The notes under the pieces: model-generated | What the model was told of the DNA's origin: nothing | Seen by the model: the letters and a program-made list of their open reading frames with translations, nothing else | Database searches by the model: none | Part shown: positions 1 to 11,475 of the stretch, piece by piece | Position numbering within the stretch: position 1 is the stretch's first letter | How the letters are laid out: each line of letters begins with the position of its first letter | Assembly (NCBI RefSeq): GCF_009914755.1 | Contig: NC_060931.1 | DNA length: 64,000 nucleotides | From: the human T2T-CHM13v2.0 reference genome, Homo sapiens | Direction: 5' to 3' (one strand) | Translations under genes and position numbers: made by a program

Positions 1-1734
1 CAATGATTGGTATTAAAATTACTCTAGTTTGCCAAATATGGTCAGAAGAGATTGCAAATGACATTTGCAGGTATTAGTTTGAGTTGTAAAAGCACAAATT
101 TTAGTAGCCATTAAGATGATCCTGTGTCCCCTTGAAAGTAATTATGAATCCATCTGTAACATTTGTCTCTTGCTGAGAAACAGCTAAGTGGGGAGCCTGA
201 TTTTGCCAAAATTTCAATTTTTTTAACATGTCCATATGGATATGTTGACAAACCACTATGCAATGTATAGGAGATTAATTCAATCCAATCTAATAACCAT
301 TTGTTGAGATTTGAAAATGCTGATCTAGTTAATGTTCCTTGGAGAATGAAGGAAGTCTTTTGTCTTTAGTAAGTATGTAATTCCCACTTTTCAGATATGC
401 CTCAAAAAAATCAAATCCACCAAATTTTTTTTGGCCACTGCTGGATATTATTATATAAGCTCATTAACAGGATGCTAAACATAAAACTGAATAGCAAACA
501 ATGCTATTCAAATGCTTTAGATTTCCAGCCTGGAGAAGTGAAAGCTATTTTACAATAAACTAGAAATTAGCCCCGTTAGTCCCATATCATTGCTATCATT
601 TGCAAGAGACATAGCCATTTAATGAATATACATTATCCTGAATATTAATTTCCTATTATTATAAAATGTCAGGCCAGCACAATTGTTGGCCTTGTCATCT
701 TGTAATACTCCATGATATGACAGAAAATTGTTCTCTAAAGGAAACTATTGAAGAAATAAATCTATTTCAACAATTTTTTAAAAATTTTATCTCTATATAG
801 CAAATTCATGTAAAGTAATATAAGAACTCTTCAGATTTATACTTTATTTCTAAAATAACATAACTGAACTAAAACTGATTTGGGGGATATGTATGTATAT
901 AACTATATTTTCTCTCCTAATAAAACAAAATTTATTGGTACCCAAATTCATCACACCATACATAAAACAATAGCATAGATGTTACCTAAGGTGTCATTCT
1001 AATATCAAATATCTAAGTACATTATAAAAGTCTGCTTAACAATCATTTAACATTTTCCATCTTCCCATTGAAATACACATGGGGTACTCAACACGCTCTA
1101 CATCTCGACATTGGAGATTGAAGATTCAACATTACAGGATCTTGAGATAAATTATCCTTTGTTACAGTGCACAAGTTTCTCAAATGAGCCAGAGCAGCAT
1201 GGCTACGAAAAAGGAAGGGAAGAAAAACTTTGAGCCACTTGTTCCTCGTGGGCCTGGCTTGGTGATAAAAGAGCAATGACATGAAAATGGAATGGGATCT
1301 GCTTCAATATTATTTTCTGAGTTGGCTAAAGCCAGTTACGTCTCTCTCCCCTCTAACATGTTATTCCCCATTTCTACTTCTCTGTATGCCCTATAGGCAC
1401 CAGTGATTTTCAGTTGGAAGGAAAGTTTAGTGTCTATTTCTGGGAATTGCAAGTTTGTTACTAATCAAATTAGAAACAGAGTGTATCCATTTTAAATCTC
1501 CATAGAAAAGAGAAGGAATAAAAATAGAAAAATCTAAGAAGCATTAAAAATACTTATCAAAACTTGACATGAGAGACACAAGAAATTAACAACCAGAGAT
1601 GGGAAAATTCTAAAGAAGTAAAAATTGATAATATACTTAAAGAATATTTTACTATTATACAATAGATTGGAATACAATTGTTTAATATCAAGAAAACTAT
1701 TAATATGTAAAATTGTGACCTCTGTTCTTAATTG

Positions 1735-1855
1735 ATTACAAATGTTTGTTGTGTTGTGTGCTTTCTCCATGAAGGCATTATTCTAGGCACTAGAAATACT
1801 ATTAAATGAAACAAGTATTATGATCCTGCCCTGATGAAGCTTACAGTCTAGAGTC
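1735..1855 (-). mobile_element. L2 LINE 3' fragment (degraded)
   Basis: aggcattattctaggcactagaaatac...gatcctgccctgatgaagcttacagtctag resembles the reverse complement of the L2 3' end. Confidence 0.55.
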
Positions 1856-1950
1856 TAGCAGGATCAACTGAGAAAAATCAAATTATAATCTTATATTGTC
1901 AGCTTAGTAATTTTTGGAAAGGCATTCAATGAGCCACAAAGTTATGTATC

Positions 1951-1952
<2 letters not shown>

Positions 1953-1988
<36 letters not shown>
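1953..1988. repeat. (GT)18 microsatellite
   Basis: Uninterrupted GT dinucleotide run. Confidence 0.98.
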
Positions 1989-1993
<5 letters not shown>

Positions 1994-2369
1994 GAAAGAG
2001 ACACAGATTAACTATGGAGGCCTACCATCACCATTATCATTTAATATTATTTTGAAATTCTGAATCTAGATTGTAAATTAAGAATTTAAACTGAATAGAA
2101 GAATTTTTTTAAAAAGAAGAGGTAAATTTACTATTGCACATTTTTATACATTTGTATTCAATAAAGCTATTGTATAACCACAATAAATTCTTCATATTAA
2201 ATATTAAATACTAAATACATGCAAGTTAAATACGAACATTAAGAAAATAAAATTGAAATGGATACCACTTAGAAAAAAATAACGAAATGCTGAAATCTTG
2301 GGCAAATATTAAATAAATTTAAAATTTACACTGCCTCTATGAAGAAAAAATAAAAGTATCCACAACAAG

Positions 2370-2811
2370 GTGTGGGGTTGAATAGTATTCCCCTAAAATG
2401 TATGTCCATCTGAAACATCAGAATGTAATCTTCCTTTGGAAGTAGGGTATTTGCAGATGTTATTATTGAAGATGAAGTCATAGTGGATTAGGGTGGGCCC
2501 TAAATCCAATGACTGGTATCCATATAGAAGGCCATGTGAAGACATACATGGGAGAAACACCATGTGACAATAGAGATAGAGATTGGAATGATGCAGGTAT
2601 AAGTCAATGAATGCCAAGGACTACCCAAATCCATGAGAAGTTAGAAAGACACAAGGAAGTGTTCTTCCCTACAGCCTTCAGAAGGAGCATAACCCTACCA
2701 ACACCTTAATTTTGTACTAGTAGCCTCCAGAGAGTGAAAGAATAAATTTCTGTCATTGAAAGACATCCAGTTTGTGATACTCTATTATGGTGGCCCTAGT
2801 AAACTAAGACA
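2370..2811 (+). mobile_element. MaLR solo LTR, MLT1B/MLT1C-like
   Basis: Typical MLT1 blocks: tagggtatttgcagatgt, ggattagggtgggccctaaatccaatgactgg, aataaatttctg, end gccctagtaaactaagaca. Confidence 0.85.
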
Positions 2812-3825
2812 ATTAAAAATATAAAAAATATTTTACAATGTCCAATAGTTCATCTATTATGTAGATATGTCAGTGTTATGTGACAAAAGTATACTTCTGA
2901 GGTCATATGACTCTTGATCATGAAATATTTAGAAAAACAACATCCAACTCTATAGTGTATAAAATAATTACTATTGATGTGTTATCTCATACTGTCATTA
3001 AAACTTGCCTTTGAATATACTGCATTAGCCATGATCACAGAACAAGTGCTCACTGGCTGACAGATATTGGTTCTGAGTTTCCCCCTCAATTATAGTCTCT
3101 AAACCTAATCACAAAACATTTCGACTGGGAATTATTTTAACTCTGAGAGCTTTAGGGGGAAAAAAGAATAATAATTTCTCATAGGGGAGCAATCTCTATT
3201 TGAAGACTTTTAAAGTGTTCTTTTATTAACTTAATCAGTGTAATGTTGTCAAACCGTTACCAAGAATGGAAACTTGACTACAATGTATTGACTGTCGAGG
3301 CCAAAGTGAAGCTTACTGAGACGGGAGGTGAGTCAATGATATATTCTTCCTTGTGTGTATGTACAGCCTCAAGGTAAGGATGTCTCTTCAGCAGCATTCT
3401 AACCTTCTAACTGCTTTAATAAAAGACTGATGCACAATATTTGTTAAGTGCAAGCCAATTAAAACAACACTTTGCTTATTTAAATACATTCAAAGTGTAG
3501 CAGACCTTCAGCTTTAGAATTTATCCCTTCACGTAAATCTTTCAGCTCTTAACATAAAGAGCATTATACACATGAAATCAACAGCTTTTGATGGCCAGAG
3601 GTATTGCGACTGAGCTTTGCTTTGACTCAGTTATTGCTGAAATTGACTGCAGTTTATCAGTGAGTAGACAATATTGGTATGGTTTGATGTTAAGTAATTT
3701 GATATTTTCTAAAAGTTGATTCTTAATATTGCACTGATTTCTTTTATCCTCCTTGTTCTTATCCTCGTTGTCATCATCAAAATCCTCATTCAGCATCTAT
3801 TACTTCATTTAAAATTAGGCTAGTT

Positions 3826-4139
3826 GATATAATATAATTATAATATACATAATATATTATATTATAATAATAATATTATATATTATTATTATATTATATA
3901 ATATATATGCTATATTATATAATAATATATATTATAATTTTATATAATATATAATATATAATAATATATATTATAATTTTATATAATATATATTATATAA
4001 TAATATATATTATAATTTTATATAATATATATTATATAATAATATATATTATAATTTTATATAATATATATTATATAATAATATATATTATAATTTTATA
4101 TAATATATATTATATAATAATATATATTATATATTATAT
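3826..4139. repeat. AT-only low-complexity tract with a 39-bp minisatellite (about 5.3 copies, 3922-4130)
   Basis: Unit ataatatatattataattttatataatatatattatata starts at 3922, 3961, 4000, 4039, 4078 and 4117 (partial). Confidence 0.93.
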
Positions 4140-4153
4140 CAAGGATATAATAA

Positions 4154-4523
4154 TGTCTTGGTCCATCTGTACTGATATAAAAAAATACCATAGACTAACT
4201 AATTTATAAACAACAGAAATTTGTTTCTCACAGTTCTGTAGCCTGAGAGGTCCCAGATCAAGGCACCAGCAGGTTCCCTGTCTGGTGAGGTCCCCATCTC
4301 TCTGCTTTCAAAATGGTGACTCAAACACTGTGTCCTCACATGGCTGAAAAGCAGAAGAGTAAAAAAAGCCTAGTTCACTCCAGCCCTTCGTAAAGCACTA
4401 ATCTATTCATGAGAGCAGAGCCCTCATGGAAAAATCACCTCCTAAAGTCTCCACCTCTTAACACCACCATAATAGAGATTAAGTTTCAACACCTGAAACC
4501 GGAAGGGCACACAGACCATAGCA
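4154..4523 (-). mobile_element. MaLR solo LTR, MSTD-like
   Basis: TG...CA ends (tgtcttggtcc ... gaccatagca); cagatcaaggcaccagcagg; gagccctcatg; near-TSD aataa/aatag. Confidence 0.85.
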
Positions 4524-5121
4524 AATAGTGAATACAGATCTTACATTTGTTAGGGGAAAACAAAATAGAAAAATGGACTATTTCAGTGCAGTGTGGTATG
4601 TGATGGTATGTGGGATTATAGTCTGCTAAGGTAGTACAAAACAAGGCACTTAACCTGTGTTTGGTGTCAATAATTTCATCAGGATAATTCCTGTTCGTCC
4701 TTCTTATTTCAGTTTAGTTAATCTTCTGCTAAAGAGTCACGCTGGAACTCTGGGGTAAGAGAGAGCATGGTGCTTTGAACTAAAGGAAATTTAATATGAC
4801 TCCACGAAAGAAGAGAATGAAATTTAGTGTAGCTCAAGTACAGAGTTCAAGCATGAAAGTGGTGATAAATGAAGCAGGTGGTGCATTATTGGTGCTACAG
4901 CATGCATGGTCTTATAAACTCTTTTATCATATATATTTCTTCCCCCAGACTAAGCTGGGATTCTACAAGTTTTTTAGATTTTCTGTGCTCTCTTCTACCT
5001 CCAGATGTATGCATACTGGTTTCCCAAGCTACAGTAAACCTACTGCCATTCTTTGCCTGCATTATTTCAACCCACCTTTTAGGTCTCAAGTAGTACATCA
5101 CCTCCTCAGGGAAATTTTAGA

Positions 5122-6030
5122 GTGATATAATGAATCCAAAGATAATCCACAATAACCCACATTCTATATAATCTCCATTCCTTGAGTGTGGGCAAGACCT
5201 ACTAATATTACTGAATATCACTCCAAGATTAGGTTACTGATCAGCTGTTTTTATGTTAATTCAAAGGGATATTATCCTGGGTGGGCTTGACCTAGCCAGA
5301 GTAACATTTAAAAGAAGGTGAAGTATCAGAGAACTCTCTCTGCTGGCCTAGAAGAAACCAACAGTTACATTGTGAGCTGTCTTTGCAGACGACCACAGGA
5401 AAGCTCAGTCATACAATCACTAAGAACTGAATTCTGCCAGCAGTTTTGATTAAGCTTGCAAAAGAGCCCCATGTTAACCCATTTTCCTGCTGCTATAAAA
5501 AACTGCCCAAGACTGAGTAATTTATAAAGGAAAGAGATTTAACTGATTCACAATTTAGTATGGCTTGGGAGGCCTCAGGAAACTTACAATCACGGCAGAA
5601 AGCGAACGGGAAGCAAGGCACCTTCTCCATAAGGGAGCAGGAAGGAGAAGTGGCAAGCAAAGGAGAAAGAGCCCCTTATAAAACCATCAGGTCTCCTGAG
5701 AACTCACTCACTATCAGGAGAACAGCTTGAGAAAACTACCCCCATGATTCAATTACCTCCACCTGGTCTCTCCCTTGGCACATGGGGATTATGGGGATTG
5801 TAATTCAAGATGAGATTCGGGTGGGGATACAAAGCCTAACCCTATCAGACTCTGAACTCCAAATGAGGCTGCAACCCCAGCCAACATCTTGATTTCTGTC
5901 TTATGATACCCCGAGTAAAGAACCCAGTTATTATGTGTCCAAGCTCCTGAAAAAAGAGAAAATAATTTATAATTTATTTAAGCTGCTAAATATATGGGTA
6001 ATTTTTATGCATCAATAGGAATCTAATAGA
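5122..6030 (+). mobile_element. MaLR LTR, MLT1E/MLT1F-like, split by a THE1D insertion
   Basis: ccttgagtgtgggcaagacct, attatcctgggtgggcttgacct; resumes after 5847 with ccagccaacatcttgatt ... aagctgctaaa ... ctaataga. Confidence 0.75.
5470..5847 (-). mobile_element. THE1D solo LTR nested in MLT1
   Basis: Close match to the THE1D reverse complement: ggaggcctcaggaaacttacaatc, gagccccttataaaaccatcag, ggggattatggggatt, aaagcctaaccctatca. Confidence 0.9.
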
Positions 6031-7582
6031 CCTCTCAAACCCTCACTAGAAGTTTTTTCTTATATATTACCATAGCTTTCTGTTCTTCTGTTTTGTTTAC
6101 CACTGCACCAAGTACTATACCTTGCCATAATGTTCACTCAAAACATATTAACCAAATGAGTCAGGGGGAACCATTGAACAGTTTTAAGCATTGGAATGAA
6201 GTGATAGTAAATACCCTGAACACTAATTATAATTACACAGAATTTTGTACATAACCTGTTCCCAACGTAATTGTTAACTCCATCTCTCACCACTGGCAGA
6301 CTCAATCAGCACCACATATTTTTGACATTTGTCTGACACTTGTGTTTTGCTATGCATGCCACTTCTCTGATAATTTATTCTTTTTTTGACTGTTTTCCCC
6401 ATTTTCTTGTTTTTACTTGAAAAGCACTCACTCTCAAGTATTGCCCACCCTTTATGTATCCAACATGCTATGTTATCAGTAAAGCCTTCACCTTTAACTC
6501 TGCTTTCCCTGAGTATCACCTTTGGTATTCAGAGGACAGAAATGCTCTCTCAGTGTTCCTGCCTGCAGTACAGAATGATTCACACTGATACTTAGCTTTG
6601 AATTTGGGCAGAGTAAAATACCACCTGTTTGTGCTTTTGGGTTTAGGATTGTCCACTCAGTAATAAGACACATCAATCTTGAAAGCCATTCAACTAGTCA
6701 CTAAGCAGAAAAGTACGTATTTGCAGTTTGGATTCAGGTATCCATCAGATGAGATTCTGAAGAGATATTCTGATTCTGATGCTTTCTTACATGATTATCA
6801 TAGACCAAACACATAGTTCTGTTGCTTTCACATAAACGCCTTTTTGTTGTATTTGTTTTTGTTTATAACATAGCAAGTATACATTTAAACTTTGAATGTT
6901 TGTATATTATCATGCGTAAATTCAAGAATTGATTAAATCAGTCCTTCCTCTTCCTCCATTTTATGTACAGTGGAAAACAATTTACTCCATTTTGCCATCC
7001 CTCATTCTATTTTACTTTCTTCACTAATCCTTTCTCTCCTTTTGTGATGTCTCAAACATGGCTGTAATAACATTAAATGGGAAGCAACCCCTTGGGTGAG
7101 GGCTATTACTGACCTATAATTTTCTAAGAAGTGGTGGGTCATGAGATCCTTTTGGGTAAGCCACTTGAAAATGCACACGAATGAGCATATGTTATTAGTG
7201 GATAGAGCCCTTAGAGAGCCATTGTGGTGGCTTAACTTATATTATGACTCATTCTCTGTAATTTAATTCCAGAGCAATTATTGGTACTAGGCATCTAAAA
7301 AATAAGAAATATTTTCTCTTTCAGATTTCTCTCTCCCTCTCTCTTCAATACAGATTCAAGCACAGAAGCTGAACAAAATTACAAATAAATATGGATCTTT
7401 TTGTTAGGCTGTGGAAACTGGGATTTTTGTTGCTGGTTCTCTCCAATTACAGGGAAGTGTGGGGCAGAAGATATTGAGACAATTTACTGACAACTTTTTT
7501 CTACTTAAAATATTCAATAGATAAAATTTAAAATGATTGCAGAAATAAACAAGATATTTAGATACAAATTGTATTAATTAAA

Positions 7583-7859
7583 AGACAAGACCAAACATCG
7601 CATGTTCTCACTCATAGGTGGGAATTGAACAAGGAGAACACATGGACTACAGGAAGGGGAAGATCACACTCTGGGGACTGTTGTGGGGTGGGGGGTGGGG
7701 GAAGGGACAGCATTAGGAGATATACCTAATGCTAAATGACGAGTTAATGGGTGCAGCACACCAACATGGCACATGTATACATATGTAACAAACCTGTACA
7801 TTGTGCACATGTACCCTAAAACTTAAAGTATAATAATAAAATAAATAAAATAAAAAAAA
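7583..7859 (+). mobile_element. 5'-truncated L1PA3/L1PA4-like 3' end with A-rich tail
   Basis: catgttctcactcataggtgggaattgaac, G-rich tract, ggagatatacctaatgctaaatgacgag, aacttaaagtataataataaa. Confidence 0.92.
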
Positions 7860-8571
7860 CATTCAGAAGAAAAGAGCTAATTTTTCCAGTATTGAAAATA
7901 TTTTCTAGTTCAAAGCAGTTACAGTCAACGATAATAAAAACAATTTTGATTTGCACTAAAAATCATCTAGCTAATTCATAAGCATAGTAGAATTCTACAT
8001 CTGCACTTTACATAAGCCATGATAAACCAGGATCAAAATGTGCTGAGTCAATGCGTGGTAAATGCCACAGAGGTCTTCATGTGCTCCATGACCAAGGAGG
8101 ACTCAGGGGATAAACTGCGTGTTGTGTTCCTTGTGTAACTTGAATATATACCACTAATTATCATGAGGCTGAGAGTTTATGTTTTACTTTGAAAAAACTT
8201 TGCCTCCTTGATAGTTTCTGATAAAAGGTGCGCAAACGCAAAAAGTCCGTTTCGTTTCAGGGAATGCTGGAAGAAGTCTGCTTACTACATTTTCTAATAA
8301 AACATATATATATTTATTAGTATATATATTAATATAAAAGTATATGTATACTTTTATTAATTGATACGAAGCTGAAATAATTTTATAGTTAATGGGTTTT
8401 AGATCAGCTCAATAGGTGGTTCAGAGCAAAGGAAAGGAAAATTCTGTTATTTTAAATAAGAAAATTCTACTTTTTGAGAAATTTTACTTATCTCTAAATA
8501 AAATTCTTTTAACATAAGAGTTAATGTCTAGGACTGTGATTGTTGGGTCATATGGTATATCTATGTAAACC

Positions 8572-8742
8572 TTTTTCTTTTTTTTTTGAACGGAGTTTGG
8601 CTCTGTCGCACAAGCTGGAGTACAGTGGCACGATCTCGGCTCACTTCAACCTCCGCTTCCCAGGTTCAAGTGACTCTTGTGCCTCAGCCTCCCCCAAGTA
8701 GCTGGGATTACAAACGTCTGCCACCACGTCTGTTTATTTATT
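8572..8742 (-). mobile_element. Alu right arm only (AluS-like)
   Basis: Poly-T, then acggagtttggctctgtcgc ... gctgggattaca ... ccaccacg; no left arm. Confidence 0.88.
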
Positions 8743-9003
8743 TACCTCCAAATAAAATTGCTATGTGATCCATGTAGATTTTTCAATTAAAAAAATGATT
8801 TTTTACAAAAGAGTTTAACATGAAGGAAAAATATGTTGGTTTTGGTATTTTTCAAAATATACATTTTTTAAAAGTAAAAGTCTGACGTTACTGACAAGTT
8901 ATAGGGAAGATGCTGAACAAATAAGCTTGATCTATCGTTTGAATGCAAAATGGCACAGCTACTTTGGAAGACAGTTTGGCAGTTTCTTTCAAAGGTTTAC
9001 ATA

Positions 9004-9248
9004 GGTTGGTCACGGTGGCTCAAGCTTGTACTCTCAGCACTTTGGAAGGCCAAGACGAGTGGATCAGTTGAGGCCAGGAGTTTGAGACCAACCTGGCCAA
9101 CATGATGAAACCCTGTCTCTTCAAAAAATACCAAAATAAGCCAGGCGTGGTGGCGCATGTCTGTGGAGGGTGCAGTGAACTGAGATCGTACCACTGCACT
9201 CCAGCCTGGGAAACAGAGCAAATCTCTGTTAACAACAACAACAAAAAA
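9004..9248 (+). mobile_element. AluS/J-like with an internal right-arm deletion (about 53 bp)
   Basis: Dimeric Alu; catgtctgt joined directly to ggagggtgcagtga; TSD aaaggtttacata / aaaagtttacata. Confidence 0.92.
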
Positions 9249-9588
9249 GTTTACATAAATTTACCATATGACCCAACAATCACAGTCCTATTCATTAACT
9301 CAACTGAAATGAAAGCTTATGTTAATACAAATACCCATATGTGAATTCTTATCTGCTTTATTAATATTTGGCCAACCTTGGAAATAACTGTTCCTCAACT
9401 GGAAAATATGTATACAAATTCAGACACTTCCATCCAATGGAATGATATTCATCAATAACAAATGAATGACCTATTGATACATGCGACAACATAAATAGAT
9501 CTCATCAAGTTCCTTATGCTACATGAAAGAAGGCAGGCTGGAAAGTGCATTATTTGATTTATGTGACATTTTTGCAAAGATAAAACTA

Positions 9589-9980
<392 letters not shown>

Positions 9981-10164
9981 GCGAGGGGGGAAATTTTATA
10001 TGTCAAGGTAGGTATTGTTCTATATCTTGATTGTAATGGTGGTTATGCAACTTTATGAATTTGCCGTAACTCACAGGACTGCACACTAAACAAGTTATAC
10101 TTTACTGTATAAATATTGTATTTTAATAAAAGGATAAGAGAAACCTACATTTTAGGGTAAAAAA

Positions 10165-10870
10165 ATTAATAATACAATTCTGTGTGGTTTAGTATATTCA
10201 TAGGATTGCACAACTATCACTTCAATTTTAAAATATTATTACCTTCCACCCCCAAAAAATCACCTCAACTCCTAGCCCTTTGGAACCACTAATCATTTTG
10301 TCTATAGATTCTTCTATTCTTGACATTTTATATAAATAGAAACAAACAATATGTGGTCTTTTGTGACTGGCTTAACATGATGTTTGCAAAGGCCATTCAT
10401 ATTGGAGCAAGTATCCAGCATCTAACACCTTTTATTGCTGAATAATACTTCATTGTATGGATATACTACATTTTTGTTTAGCCGTTTGGCAGCTAATGGG
10501 CATTTGGGTTGTTTCCACTTTTGGGCACCTATGAATAATGCTGTCATCAAGATTCAGGTAGAAGTTTTCAGTGTGGACATAACTTTTCAAATATCAGGTA
10601 TATATCCAGGAGTGAAATTTTTAGGTAATATGGTAATTCTATTTTTAACCTTTTGAGAAATTGTCATTCTAAATGGCATTCCAAAGCTTTTCTAAAGCTG
10701 CATTCCAAAGTTGAATGTACCATTTTAAATTCCCACCAGCAGTGTTAGTTCCAATTTTTCTACATCCTCGTCAACATTTGTTATTATGGCTTTTTGATCA
10801 TAGCCATTCAGTATTAAATAGTATCTCATTTTCGTTTTGATTTGCATTTTTCTAATGACTAATGATGCAT
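10165..10870 (-). mobile_element. Old L1 3' region (L1MB/L1ME1-like)
   Basis: atgtggtcttttgtgactggctt, catttgggttgtttccactttt, cattttaaattcccaccagcagtg, ttttgatttgcattt. Confidence 0.75.
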
Positions 10871-11475
10871 TGTTTTTAAATTGCAAAATATTGCTTTTTA
10901 CAAAGAATTTACATGCTAAAGTCTTAAGAACTTAAATATCTGTCTAGATCATGTACACCAAAATACAGGGCCTCAGCTCAATCAAGTCTTTCTATAGTTA
11001 ATGCTTGAACTCCATTTCTTCTTTCCTAGAATGGAATACGGAATAAAAGTCTTGAAAACTGTAGTTGTTGCCTCTGTTAGAGAATAAATCCCAGGCAAGA
11101 TGAAGCTTTGTGTAGATTAAATGGTTCATTTTTTATTCGCCATTAGAAACTCAAATTTGCAAAGAGTTTTTTGATCTCTCTATCTGTACTTTATAAAAAC
11201 TAAATGCTTATTTCATATCCTTGTAATGCAGAGTAGCAACTTCTTCATCTTTAATGATGTTGTGCTTCCCTGAAAGAGTACTCATTGGGTCCCTCCTTCT
11301 CCCCACTACCATTGGGACCTGGAATAGGGATGGGCACTCAGTTTTACGAGACATGATTTGCAAACTTTCTTTAAATGTGTAACTATTAGACATTTTGAAT
11401 TTTCTATATATATACAAATCTGTATATTATACATATACCACCATCGATTTTATTTTAAATATTACTGAAGCTTAA

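Noticed and set aside
3578-3796. Acidic ORF start (EDFDDDNEDKNKED)
   Set aside because: Degenerate TCA/TCC low-complexity DNA
3922-4130. CRISPR-like periodic array
   Set aside because: Head-to-tail tandem units with no unique spacers; primate DNA; no cas genes
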